From NCBI RefSeq assembly GCF_009914755.1, contig NC_060940.1: 64,000 nucleotides of DNA. One strand, given 5' to 3'. Origin of the DNA: the human T2T-CHM13v2.0 reference genome, Homo sapiens. Shown here in pieces: positions 27,791 through 41,819 of the stretch. Both the position numbers and the translations under genes were made by a program. Every line of letters begins with the position of its first letter. Position 1 is the first letter of the stretch. Below the pieces are notes generated by a model. The model ran no database searches, was not told the origin of the DNA, and worked only from the letters and a program-made list of their open reading frames with translations.

Positions 27791-29159
27791 CCTCACTTGG
27801 CGCCCACATGGCACTGTGAGCAGGGGCGCACCACAAAGGTGCCCGCTGTGCGTTTTCTGAGCTCTGTGAAGGGCACTCCCAGCGGGCTCAGGTGGGTCTG
27901 AGCACTGGCGACAGCTGGAAACTGTCCTCCCCTCGGGTCGGGTCGCAGAGGTGCAAGTGGCTTGTCATGGAGAATTGCTCACACATAAGACGAGCAAACC
28001 CTCAGACACAGCCCTTCCAGGGGAGATGGGTCCCATCTGTTCTTGCCCTCCTGACACCCCTCTTCCTGCCTCTGGCCGGCCTTTGCTCCCCATCTTTTCT
28101 CAGAATCTCTAAGCACCGTGCTTTAGTCCTGGTTTTTCCAGCCTTCTGGCCAAAAGTATACACAGAGAAAAATATACAGAGAGGTTAGACTCCTTTTCCC
28201 ACTGAGCTAATATTTAGGGGAAAGAAGATTAAACAGATAGTTCAGGGTTGGCTTGTATTACCACACTATCCTTTAAAAAGTAAAGGGTTTTAGAAAAAAA
28301 ATCCAACTAAGAGGGGAAAAGTTCAAAGTTCTTGAAGAGAAATGATCATGGTGTTATTGTCAAGTTATGAACTAGAACCAGTGGAGCACCTACTGTGTGC
28401 AAGGCCTTGGGGTCAGAGAGATGACAGCCTAGTCTCTACCCTCCAGGTGTTTCCACATTCATTCATTGTTGTGTTCATTCAGCATGTTCCAATTGATGTA
28501 CCAGGTCTGCTCTACAGAGATGAGGAAAGCTTGGTTCTTGCCTTCCTGATACCCATAGTAAAGTTGAGGACTGGATATGTTTTGCCCAGAATTTTCCTTA
28601 GTGTTCTTGAGTTCCTAGGTGTTCCTTGGATAACAAATAGCACAGGAGTTCAAAGAGAAAAAGGGGAGCTAAGGCTTAGCAAGCTCTTCTTCCATTTGGC
28701 CCTGGCACACGATTTTGCTCTTTCAATTCTCCTAACGTTCCCCAACTGCAGTTACAATCACTGCTGAACAAACCAATGATTGCACTGGGCTCATGTTTAT
28801 CCCCCTCCTTCCTTCATGCAGATTGGCAGCTACAGCATGGGGCAGGTCCAGTGGAGAGAAAGACCTCTAAATGTCCAATTTTTAGTTAAAAATATTTTCT
28901 CTACAAGCTGAATTATTTCCCCATCTGGTCCCTTGAGTTGCCTGGACTAAAAACAGCAGGAAGCTAAGAAGTGAACTTCTGTCCCCAAAACCTCATAAAG
29001 AGGGGAGGGCTGGGAGGGTCCCAGATGGGCTTCGGTCCCCACAAGCAGAGAAAGGATCTGGGAAACAGTCGTGCAATGTTTCCAGAGGCTGAGAGCAGCT
29101 GGGCAGTCACATCACATTTCATTGCTGCTTTTATGGTAGCTGTTAAAATTTTGAAATTA

Positions 29160-29453
29160 GGCTCACACCTGTAATCCCAGCACTTTGGGAGGCTGAGGCA
29201 GGAGGATTAGTTGAGGCCATATGTTTGAAGCCAGCCTGGGCAACAGAGTGGGACTCTGTCTCTGCAAAAAACACAAAAATTAGACAGGCATGGTGGTATG
29301 CACCTGTAGTCCCAGCTACTTGGGAGGCGGAGGTGGGGGGAAACCTTGAGCCCGAGACTCGAGGCTGCAGTGAGCAGAGATCATACCACTGCACTCCAGC
29401 TTGGGTAACAGTGTGAAACTCTGTCTCAAATTAAAAAATTTTTAAATAAAAAA
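29160..29453 (+). mobile_element. AluJ SINE
   Basis: Dimer with GAGGCTGCAGTGAGC in the right arm. Confidence 0.9.
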
Positions 29454-29840
29454 ATGGAATATTTAATTTAAGGGAATATTGTGCAGTGATAAAAAGGAAT
29501 GAAGTTCTGACACATGTATGAACTTTGAAAACATGATGCTTCTTGAAGGAAGCCAGACACAGAGACCACACATTGCTTGACTCCAGTGATATGAAATGTC
29601 CAGAACAGGCAAATGCCTAGACACTGAAAGTAGATTTGTGGTTGCCTAGAATTTGGGGGAAATTGATGGTGATTGCTAGAGACACAGGGTTTCTTTTGAG
29701 CTGATGAAATGTTTTAAAATCAATGATGGTGATGGTTGCACATTATCTCTGAATATACTAAAAATCATTGAATTGTACTCTTTAAATAAATCAGTTATAA
29801 GGTATTACATTGTATCTCAACAAAGCAGTTAAAAAACAAA
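29454..29840 (+). mobile_element. L1MB-type 3' UTR
   Basis: AAAAGGAATGAAGTTCTGA...TGAAATGTCCAGAACAGGCAAAT...TATCTCAACAAAGCAGTT. Confidence 0.85.
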
Positions 29841-30419
29841 CTTCTTTGTTTTTTTGGTTCACTTCAGAAAAATTAAAAACTACACATAGTCAGAGAAAAG
29901 GAGAAAACAGACAATACTATCCTACCAGTTGAAACCAAGTCACATGAGCACCTTGGTGCCTATAATTCCAAATACACACATTTTGCTGCTTTACTTTTGA
30001 TGTTTTTGTGTCTCTTGGTTTGTTTTTGTTGTTGACGTTGTTTTTTTGCAAGTGTAGAATCCCACTGTCTAGGGTGGCTTTTGTCCTGGGAAGTCTTTGA
30101 AATATCTGCTTTGTGGACAGAACAGATCTAATTAGACTGTGGAGACCCAGTAAACACTGCAATTAAAACCGTGTAGCAGTAGAGCGCCTGCTGGGAAACT
30201 AACTGGCCAAAAGATCTGGGATGTTTCTGCTGGGTGGCTGCTGAATTCAGGTTTCGTAAACAGGAGAATCCCTGAGATGATTTCCAGAGCTGAGTGTCAG
30301 TCCTGGTGAAGGTCTGGCCAGGCTGTGGGCAAGCTCTGGTGGAGACCAGTGGGTGACAGTATAAGTCCACCCACCAGTGAGCTTTCACCCACAGGAATCT
30401 TTAAAGCCTACTTACTTAC

Positions 30420-31050
30420 CTATTTATTTATTTGTCTGGTTTTTAAAATTAAAATTAGTAAAGGATGCACATGGGTATTCAAATCGACATACACAAAGAG
30501 TAGATGGTGGAAGGAGTTCTCTCCCACTCCCAGTCTCTGTGTCTCCACCTGGAGCCCAGCAGTAGTTGTCAGTTTGTTGTGTGACCTTATAAACAGCCCA
30601 CAAGGGTGCAAACAAGCTTATCCCCCTCTGCTTACCCATGGATGCATGGAAATATACTATGTCATCTCCTGTTTATCTGGCTTCTTAATTAAAAAAATGT
30701 ATATATATATTGATGATTGCTCTACATCAGCATTCACTGATGTGATTTATTCTTTTTGATGGGTATATAGTATTCCACTCTATGAATATACCAGAATTTA
30801 TTAAACAGTTCCCTATTGGTGGACACTTTATTTCTAGAATTTTGCTATTACAAATAATGCTACATTGAGCATTTTTAAAGATATATCTTTGCCTCTTGTG
30901 GGAATATAATTATAGAATAAATTCTTCAAAATCTAATTGTTAGATTAAATCATTTCTACATTTAAAATTTTTGATACCTCTTTCCAAATTGAATAGTTCA
31001 TTGCAAACTGTAACCCTCCAACAGTGCATAAGGTCACCTGCTCTGACCTA
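30420..31050 (-). mobile_element. L1ME fragment
   Basis: TAGTATTCCACTCTATGAATATACC...TTTTGCTATTACAAATAATGCT. Confidence 0.65.
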
Positions 31051-31224
31051 ATTTTGAACATTTCTTTGGTAGCTCCTACAAGGGAACTGGACACAGATGT
31101 TCTCCTCCCCTTCCAAGAGCCAGACAGAGGCAGGAGTTCAAGATTGCAGTGGGTGCTTCCTGTCCTCACTCAGTGAGCATGTGTCCAGTCTTCACAAAAG
31201 CCCACTGCTAGGCAGGCAGGTCTG

Positions 31225-31550
31225 CTGTAGACCAGAGCTAGCTGCCTCCTAGTACCTTTCTCTCCCTCTTTATTTGTTTAATAAAGTCCCCCCAAGTTCT
31301 AATCAGGTCTCTGGTCATCCACCTACAGCCTCCCTTGAAGCCAGGTATGGCCATGTGAGCAAATTCACACCTTTAGGACGTGAACGGAAACAGCTACACA
31401 GCTGCTGTGTCTCTTGCTTCTAAGGAAATTGCCTCCCTGCCACTTCCTCTCTTTCCCCAGAAACCACCTTCATCCAGGAGGTGGGACCACATGCTGGGGA
31501 CTAACAAGATGGACAGAGCCCGGAATGCTGGAGGACACATGAGGCCAGAG
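31225..31550 (+). mobile_element. MLT1J-type LTR fragment
   Basis: CAGCCTCCCTTGAAGCCAGGTATGGCCATGTGA motif. Confidence 0.55.
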
Positions 31551-32471
31551 GAAGAAGAATCTTCTTGTTTTTGTCCAAGGGCTTCTTAGCTTGCCGGGAG
31601 ACAGGCTTTGGGCAGGAAATTGGCATCAGTGAGGTGACCGGAGTCACCGGTAAACACAAGAGGCCTGGCTGGCGACCCCGGATTAACATCCTGCAGGCTC
31701 CCAGGAAAAACCCAGAGACCTTGAGAGTATGTGCAAGCTGGATTCCCTAGGAACACAGGTGGGGTATTCCTACTAATGGGATTGGGTTTTACAGGGATTA
31801 CCCAATTTGTAGGCCACATAATTTCTTGGTAATTTCAAAGCAGGTTGGAATTCTGAGGCCTTTGCTGCCTGCTTCCAGCTGCTCCAGGAACCAAATCACC
31901 AACCAACAGCTGGAACAAACACTCATAAAAAGTCCCCCAGCTTCTCCCCTCCTGGAAAATGTTCACAGCAGGCTTTCTCCACCCACACAGAAAAGCACAG
32001 ATTTGGTCATTTCCTATCATACTGCTCAGTGGCAGAGGCTTGAAGTTCCCAGGACTTGCTAAATCACCCTGGCTGTTGGCTTTTCGAGTTTCTGGGACCC
32101 AACTAAAGTAAAACAAACAGAAGAGCCACTAAGCAACTTGGTGTTCTCTTTTTGCTTTTGTACACTCCCAGACACTTTAGGATGAGAGAACTGGTCAAGG
32201 TATTTAAGTCAATGGACTTGCCATTGAGTCAAAACAAGTCACACTTAGAAGGGCTTAAGGGATGGCACCAACAAAGAAGAGTGCATTCTGATCACTCATT
32301 CATTCACTTATTTACTAGACGTTTGCTTGGAGCTTCCTGTCTGCGGAGGACTGAGCTAGTCACTGGGGACACAGCATGAGGATGGCACAGTCCTGCTCTC
32401 AGGGAGGCCACTCACTGTCACCTGAAACAGATGGACAATAATCACAAATGGAAATTGCGATGAAAGAGGTT

Positions 32472-33003
32472 TGTACTGGGCTGAAGAGTGTCTCCCCAAA
32501 TTCATATCCACCAGAAGCTCAAGATGAAACCTTACGTGGAAATAGATCTTTGCAGATGTCATGCGTTAAGGATCAACGTGAGATCATACTTTGTTAGAGT
32601 GAATTCTAAATTCACTGAGGGTGGCCTAATAAAGAGACAGGACATACAGGGACCACACAGCTGAGAAGCCCATGTGAAGATGGAAGGGAGACTGGGAAGA
32701 TGTCTGCAAGTCAAGGAATGCTAAGGAACACCAAGGAATACTCCAATACCGGGAGCTGAATACGGGAAGCTGAATACCGGAAGCTGAATGAATACCGGAA
32801 GCTGAATGAATACCGGAAGCTGAATACCGGAAGAGAATGACGTGGGTTTCTCCTCTGTTGCCTCCAGAGGGAGCAGGCTACTGCTGACTTCTTGATTTTG
32901 AACTTCTGGCCTCCTGAACTGTGAGAGAATAAACTTCTCTTGCTTTAAGCCACCACTCTTGTTTTGTGGTAATTTGTTATGGCTACCCCAGAAAACTAAT
33001 ACA
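32472..33003 (+). mobile_element. MLT1C-type LTR carrying an internal minisatellite
   Basis: TGTACTGGGCTGAA...GAACTTCTGGCCTCCTGAACTGTGAGAGAATAAAC...GAAAACTAATACA. Confidence 0.87.
32745..32833 (+). repeat. 14-bp minisatellite (AATACCGGAAGCTG), about 6 copies
   Basis: Six units read directly; two are separated by AATG. Confidence 0.95.
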
Positions 33004-33335
33004 GCAAATACAGGTGTGTGAAGACCTGTGGGCGCACATGGGAGGAGTGACTTCTCCTCCCTGGAAGATCAGGGGGGGCTTCAAGGAGGAGGTGACCGTC
33101 AAACTGAGCCCTGAGGATGCCAGAGAATTCCCAGGGCAGAAAAGAGAAGGGAGATTAACTCCAGGCAGAAGGACGAGCATGTGAAGACACACAGACACAA
33201 TGGGCACAGCTTGTCTGGGATGTTGAGGAGTTTGGTATTTACAGAATGAGAATGTTGAGGATGGCAGAGGACTGGAAGTCATGAACAAGAGCCTTTGTGC
33301 CACACTAAAGAACATGGCCTTTCTCCTGAAGGTGA

Positions 33336-33677
<342 letters not shown>

Positions 33678-33689
33678 AAGAAGCATCTT

Positions 33690-34045
33690 TTATTATTTTT
33701 AGTTGAAGAATTACCTACTTGTAATGAAGTGACCAAATCTGAAACATACAGGTCAATGAACTGGATATCTGCCTATACCCATATAGCCACCTAGCTCAAG
33801 CTATGGATATTTCTAGCACCCAAAAGAGGCTCTCTGGGGTTCCTCTCCAGTCAAGGCTCAACTTCTCAGAGATAACCACTATTCTGTACTTCACATAAAT
33901 GGAAACATGCAGGATATATTCTCATGTTCCTGGTTTCTTCCACTCAACATTCAGCCAGGTATTACTAGTTTATTCTTTTTGTGTGCAGTATAGTATTTCA
34001 TTGTGTGAACATAGCACAGTTTATTTATCTATTCACCTGTTGAAT
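33690..34045 (-). mobile_element. Old L1M 3' fragment
   Basis: GATAACCACTATTCTG...ATAAATGGAAACAT...TATTCACCTGTTGA. Confidence 0.6.
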
Positions 34046-34322
34046 GAGGGACCCCTTGGCCCAACACAGGCCTCTGTGGCTTTCCCTGTCATTACTGCAC
34101 CTTCTATCTTCAGGTCTCTGGATGAACAGAGTTGGGGGTGTGCACAGCTGTGCTGTGCTTTGCAGCTTTACTTAAACCTATTGAGCAGAAACTTGAGTCA
34201 GACAATCATCCTCTTTTAGCAACATTCAGCAAGGGGGTTAACTACTTGATCTGCCCACCAGAATCGAGGATGTGACGGTCAAGACAAATTTGTAAAGATG
34301 GCCCCTTAAGTTACAAAAGACT

Positions 34323-34716
<394 letters not shown>

Positions 34717-35059
34717 CTAGCTGCAACTTAAGAAGTAGGTGATTCTGGAATTAGGTCCTTCTGTTTTACAGCAGAACAAACTGACTTGCAAAGCTGAAAT
34801 GACTTGACTAAGTGCATAATATAGTGTAACATTGTATCCTCTTTTCTGTAAAGCTAACAATCCCAATTACCCCTGGCCATGATTGAGACTATGCAGTGGG
34901 CCTCAGTATTAAAGTCCAGTTACTCCTGGCTGAGGAGGCAGGGAGAACCTTGGCCAGGATGCCTCTGTTCTTGTCTGGCTTAGAGCCTTCCTCCCTTGCT
35001 GGGCTCTGCAGATGGTTTTCTTGGGGGCCCACATTTTCTTCTTTCACCTGGATAAAGGA

Positions 35060-35190
35060 TTTGTCTTGAGGCCTCAGTTTCTTCATCAGTAAAATGATAA
35101 TAAACTTATACCTCTCAGAATGGCTGTGAAAATTAAATGCAGATAATGCTTGTATAATTCCTGGCCCTTGGTGTGTCCTCAGTCATCATA
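35060..35190 (+). mobile_element. MIR fragment
   Basis: GGCCTCAGTTTCTTCATCAGTAAAATG. Confidence 0.7.
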
Positions 35191-35324
35191 ACAAATAGGA
35201 TGATGATGGGCTGCTGATGACATGATGACATAGTTTTGTTTACTGTCAGTGGAACTGTCATTTGTAGGAGACTCAATGAAGCTTTCTTTGCTTTTCTCCA
35301 AAGGACCCTGTTAGTACCAAGCTG

Positions 35325-36130
35325 AGCTATGCTGGAGGCTGTGGCAATATTAAAAATCAGGAATATGGATCCTTTATTTAAAATTTTCATATGTTGTTGA
35401 TGCTGTTTATCATGAAATTGTTTGTATTAATTTAGACTTTTCAAAAATATTGCGTTAGAATATTTTTTATGTTGATCACTGAGTTTTTTTGGTGGTTACT
35501 TAAAGGTTATGTTAACAAAGAGTCAAACTGTATAAAATATTTGAAGAGATTTATTCTGAGTCAAGTATGAGTGACCAATGGCCTATGAGCCAGCCCTCAG
35601 GAGGTCCTGAGAATGTGTGCCCGAGGTGTTAGGGGCACAGCTTGGTTTTATACATTTTAGGGAGACATGAGACATCAATCATGTACCCTGGTTCAGCCTG
35701 CAAAGGTGGAACAACTGGAAGTGGGGGTTTCCAAGTCATAGGTGAATTCAAAGTTTTTCTGATTGGCAATTGGCTGAAAGAATTATTATCAATGAGAAGG
35801 AACGTCTGGGTTATTCTAAGGGGTTGTGGAGACCAAGGTTTTATCACATAGATGAAATCTCCAGGTAGCAGGGAGAATAGATTGTCAGTGTTTCTTATCA
35901 GACTTCAAGAGTCTGTTCTATCAGTAATTGCAAAAGGGAAGCAGGTATAATGAGGCATGTCTGACTCCCCCTTCCTATGATGGCCTCAACTGGTTTTTCA
36001 TTTTAACTTTGGAATGCCCTTGTAGAGAAGAGGGGCCCATTCAGTTGGTTGGGGGCTTAGACATTTATTTTTTGGCTTACAGTTAGACGTGAGGTGAATG
36101 CCTCGATCACCTCACCTGGTTGGGATCCTG
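35325..36130. mobile_element. MER53-like hAT element split by the LTR
   Basis: GGATCCTTTATTTAAAATTTT...TGATCACTGAGTTTTTTTGG on the left; GTGAGGTGAATGCCTCGATCACCTCACC on the right. Confidence 0.55.
35510..36081 (-). mobile_element. MER4-group (MER4A1-like) ERV1 solo LTR
   Basis: TG...CA termini; AAAATATTTGAAGAGATTTATTCTGAG; perfect 4-bp TSD GTTA at 35506-35509 and 36082-36085. Confidence 0.88.
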
Positions 36131-36224
36131 GTTGCTGGCACTGAGGCTGACTTTTCTTATTATCTGATGAAGGGCTCTGTGCGGTCCTTCTTTTTCCTCT
36201 GCCTGCCACTTGGCACTCTTCTGA

Positions 36225-36573
<349 letters not shown>

Positions 36574-36591
36574 ACGTTTATGTTTTCTGAC

Positions 36592-37043
36592 TGCGTTAGT
36601 CAAAGTTCTCCAGAGAAGCAGAACCAGCAGAATATAATTGGCTCTTGTGATTGCAGGGGCTGAGAACTCACACATTTAGCCATCTGCAAGCCGGAGCTCC
36701 AGGAAAGCGGGGGTGGGGGGTGGTTCCAGCTGCAGTCCAAAGGCCTGAGAACCAGGGGAGCCAATGGTGTACACGCCAGTCCAAGGCGAAAGAAGACCAG
36801 AGTCCCAGCTCTAGCAGGCGGGAAGAAAGAAAAGGGGGAATTCAACCTCCTTCCACCTTTTTGTTCTACTCAGGCCCTCAACTTACTGGATGGTGCCCGC
36901 CCACATTGAGGAAGCCAGTCTTCAGAGTCTAGTGATTCGAATACTGATCTCATCTGGAAACAACCTCATAGACACACCCAGAAACAGCATCTAATCTGGG
37001 CACCCCATGGCTCAGTGAAGATGACATGTAGAATTACCCGTTG
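36592..37043 (-). mobile_element. MLT2-type ERVL LTR
   Basis: TTAGTCAAAGTTCTCCAGAGAAGCAGAACC; AAGGCCTGAGAACCAGGGGAGCC; CACACCCAGAAA. Confidence 0.85.
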
Positions 37044-37528
37044 CCCTGAGCTTGTACAGCATAGGGAAGTTCCTTTTAAATACTTCAGGGCTAGAACTGG
37101 GACCTCCTGATTGGTTCTGTTTTTTGACAACAATGCCCCCTTCACTGCATGTGAAAATTGATTCCCTGCACTTCCTGTGTAACACAAATAATCTTCCCTC
37201 TGCATCATTAGCTGCAGTGTTCTGGAGGTATTTCTGATGAAACCATTCCTTGCCCACTGCCACACAAATGGAAGCACTGTGGACTCTTTTCTCTTAGTCT
37301 CTGGAAGAAGTGGACCCTGGGAAGCCCCATGACTGGTGAGGGCACCTATGAAAATCAGTAGCTGGCTGAGTTTTCTGACTGTAGCCAAGTTTGCCCCATG
37401 GTTCCATCACCAGACACAATATAGGGTGGAAACTGGTTTCCTCAAGAAGGTAGATTTGTGGGGATATTTATGATCCAGATGACACTCCAAATGTTGACTA
37501 TTATCATATGATTTTAGTCATTTAGTTC

Positions 37529-37855
<327 letters not shown>

Positions 37856-38107
37856 TGATCTTGGAAATTGTCTACTCTCTGACGGTTTTAAATGATCTCG
37901 GAAGCTGTCTACTCTCTGACCCCTGGAAGGGGTCTCCTGGGCCCTTCCAGGGTTGGGTGTGGCTGCATGGACAGAACTTTGGACCCCTCTCCTGCTCAAA
38001 CACAATAACTGCATGGGCGTTTGCTCCACACACAGGGCCTCTAAATGTAACTTTTATTTTAAAAAAATGAATCTTGATTAAAAAATAGTTTTAAAACTAT
38101 GAACCCA

Positions 38108-38300
38108 ATTCAGGGGTTTTTACTCCTGGCTGCACACTGAAATCACTTAAGGAATTTTTTAAAATTCCAAGTCCACTCAGGACTTACACCCAGAAATTCT
38201 GACTTACTGAGTCTGCAGTGGTGATGTCTAGGGACTGAAATTTTAAACAAATCTCCTCATATGACTCTAATGTGCCATCAAGGTTGAAAACTGCTAATCT
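38108..38300. mobile_element. MER5-type hAT element followed by a MIR fragment
   Basis: CCTGGCTGCACACTGAAATCAC...CCAGAAATTCTGACTTA...AGGTTGAAAACTGCT. Confidence 0.65.
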
Positions 38301-39269
38301 GGTCCAGTATTGTTTTTACACATGGAAAATTGAGGCTAAGAAGGCTAAATGACTTGTGTAAAGCCGCATATTAACCTCCAGGCTGGATTAGAACCCCAGT
38401 CTTCTCCTATGTGTCAGTGCTTTGTGGACTCCACCACACATCCACACAGAAGAAGATAATACAGTTGTCTTATATTCATATGACTTCCTGTGGTTTCATT
38501 TTCACATTCAAGCAAGTATTTTTAGTCCAACATTTTAGTTTCTGGAGGACGAAATCCTGAAGCAGGAAAGGACATTGATATTTATACTTCTGTTGGGAAA
38601 CAGAGGCACCAGGGTCACAAATGAATGGCCCTCAAGACCACACAGATCCACAGAGCCGAGAAGAGGCCTCGGAGTGCTGGCTCCCAGGCTCATGGTTTAG
38701 TTTCACCACTCCATACACTCCATTTCACACTCCCTTGGGGATGTCATTCCAATGCTAAACTGGTTGATGGAGACAAATCGTCAATACTGGTGAAGGGTTT
38801 TGTGTTTTCAAGGTCAATCTCAGAGTTTTTCCCCCCCAAGAATTATAGAGAGGAAAAAGAGATAAATAAGTGTATAGGAATCAGTAGAAAGAAGAGCCTA
38901 TCAGGGGACTAAGTCTAAGTAAGTAATGCACAGTTTTAAGAGACACTGCGACAGTGGTGGGGGCAGGGGGTAAGAGGTCGACTGAATGCAAAAAAGAGAG
39001 GGCAGAAACTCACAGTCATGGGAGGGAATTTGCTAAACAAGAGCAGGTGCAGCAGGGTATAGGTGGTGAAATCTATGGTACAGGCTTTCAGAGTTGAAAA
39101 GGCTTGGGGTCCTGTGGGGAAATAGTGCTAGAGCCGATGCAATAATGAGTGATTCTTTAGTCTGGTGCTTCCCATGAAAATCTCTAATGCAGAGAGAGAA
39201 AGGACTCAAGCTGGTGGACAGGGTCATTCCTGGCAGTGGTAGTGGCTTTGGAGGGTTCTGTATGAGCAT

Positions 39270-41411
39270 TGTGGTGGAGAGACCCAAATTCTATGCTGTT
39301 TCTCTCATTAGAAGGTGGTTTCTTGAACTTGGGATCATTCTGAGACTTTCTTTGACCCATGGGATGTGGTGGAAGCATTACTGCATAATTTCTGAGGCTG
39401 GGTCTTAAAACATCTGAATATGCTTAGAACACTCCCTCTTGAAAGCCCCTGCCATTCAGTGAGAAGCCAGGCCACTTTCTAAGAGGAAAACCAAGCTACT
39501 CCGCTTGTTGCTGTTTTAAGCCACTGTGTTTTAAAATGGTTTGTAATGCAGTGGTAGATAATGAAACAGAAATTGTTACCAGAAGTGGGGTGCAACTGTA
39601 ACAAAAATTTTAAACCCGTGGTATTGGCTCTGAGATTAGAAGATAGGTGAAGACCTATAGGTCAATGAGGAGACTATTAGCAGAGGCTATGAAGGCAGTG
39701 AAGAAGTCACTACTGGGGACTAGGGAAAAGAGGACCTACCAGTACAATGAATAAAACCTTTGCCAGTGGTAATGTGGAGAACAGGAAAGGTACCCCATGA
39801 ACTTGTGGATTTGGCCAAGGCTATTTCTTCATTGTTCGAGTTCCTAACTCACTTCTTTTAGATGCATATGAAGAGAGAAAGACATAGAAGAATTGGAGAA
39901 ACAGCTGTTCAATTTTCACACCGAATTTAAAGGACCTAGAAGAGCTCAGGACAGTCTCCCCAGGCAGCAAAGTATCCTGAAAATAAATTAAATCCTGGAG
40001 AGAATATCAAATCCAGGTGCTGTCAGTAATATGTGGATTTGAGATCAAGATCAGTCCAAGGGCACAGCTGGAATACTCTTTGTAAGAACTGGGAAAGATT
40101 TTAAGTGGTGCCCCTAGACTCTCTAAGCTAGACTGATGGGCTTTCAAGGATCTTAAATGCATTGTCTTATAACATCCAACTCAGATTCACATAAATCCAA
40201 AGTAGGGAAATGTCTGTGTCAAGAGGACTTATGAGTATATCTTGTATCTTATGGAGTAGATTAAAATGTCATATATAAAACATCTCTTCCCTCATTTGAA
40301 AGAACTCTTTCAGCTTCAACCAAAAGAAAGCCCAAAATAAAAGGGATCTCTTAGGAGGAAGCAGGCTGAGGAAACTACTCAGCTACAAACATGGGCCACT
40401 TCTTATGGAAAAGGAAGGATGACTCCAAGGGGAGAGTCAATAGCTGCAGAGCCCCACACCCAGAGGGAAGAACTGGGCTGAAATCAAGACACATTTCCTT
40501 CTCCAAGAGCAGGGAGAATTGGTAAAACAGGCCCAGCTAGATTTCAGAATTGCTTTGGACCAGTGACAACCATGAGCTTCCATCCCATCCTTTGAATGAC
40601 AGTATCCACTGTGGACATCCTGGTTCCATCTTCCATTGTATACTGGGTGTGTGTAGGCAGATGATTTGTATTTTCAGTTTATGAGTCTCAAGGAATCACA
40701 GTGTGGAAGCTACACTCAAGCAATGAAACCCAGAGTGCCTCCTATGCACCTGGACCTGGTTTAGATGACAAGATCCTGACCTCTAGCTTGGGTCTGCTAT
40801 CCTAATGGAATAGGACTTATGAGGGCCTCAGGGAGTGGGGGTGAGTGTAATTTGGACATGGAAGAATTGTAAATAGTCATACCCAGAGTGTAGCAGGCAG
40901 TGATGGGTTAAATATGGCTAGACATTTTCGTCACGTCTCCCATTGAGTGGCAGAGTTCATTTCCGCTCCCATTGAATCTAGAATAGCCTGAGCCTTGCTT
41001 TGCCCAACGGGACATAGTAGAAGTGATGCTGTATAATGTCTGAGGCTGGGGCTTAGGAGAGCTCGGCTTCAGGTTGCAGCTCCACAGACTCCCTCTCTTG
41101 GAGCTCAGATGCAGTGTCGTGAGAACCCCAGTACTTGCGGTGAGGCAATGGAAAGGAACTGAAGTGCTTCTATTGATGTCTCCAGCCGAGCTCCCAGCCA
41201 ACAGCCAGCACCGAGTGCCAGTGTGTGAGCAAGTCACCAGGGACGTCCAGTCAAGATGAACCTTCAGATGACCACAGAACCCAGCTGACATCTCAGGGAG
41301 TAAAACTGTCCAGCTGAACCTCATCACCCCACTCAATCATGAGAACTAGTTATTTTTTACTTAAGCCACTTTTTTTGGGGGGCGGTTTGTCCTGAAGCAA
41401 TAATTAAAACA
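39270..41411 (+). mobile_element. MLT1G/H-type MaLR provirus: 5'LTR 39270-39568, internal 39569-40888, 3'LTR 40889-41411
   Basis: Two related LTRs (CTGAGGCTGGG...TTAAGCCACT...GGTTTGT); internal region starts GAAATTGTTACCAGAAGTGGGG; flanks AGCAT/AGCAC. Confidence 0.8.
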
Positions 41412-41819
41412 AGCACCTTTCTTCCACTTTAACATTTTTGATCTGGTTAAAACTCTCTTTCAAGTTAAAAATGACCCTGATCTTGCATGTTCCTCGTAAA
41501 AAAACAAGACCTCATGTACCTTTTAGGGGAGGGGCTAGACTTGACATTGCCATGGTAGGGAGGGATTGGGGCCGTTTATGAGACAAGTGAGAGTTTATGA
41601 GCCAAGAGTTTTTCTTAGCTTCTCCAAGAGTTTGTTCTCCGTGACTGATTCACTGTCTAGTCTGTAGGTTCTCTCCCAAGGGTGAATCTGAAAAAACTGC
41701 CCTAGTTTACTCATCCTGGGGACTCAGTGGCTTTTGCCTAGAAGGGTGGGCCTTAAACTGTGCTAACATTAAATAATGACATCGTGTTCTCAATCCGCAA
41801 GAGGAAAATGCACCATAAG

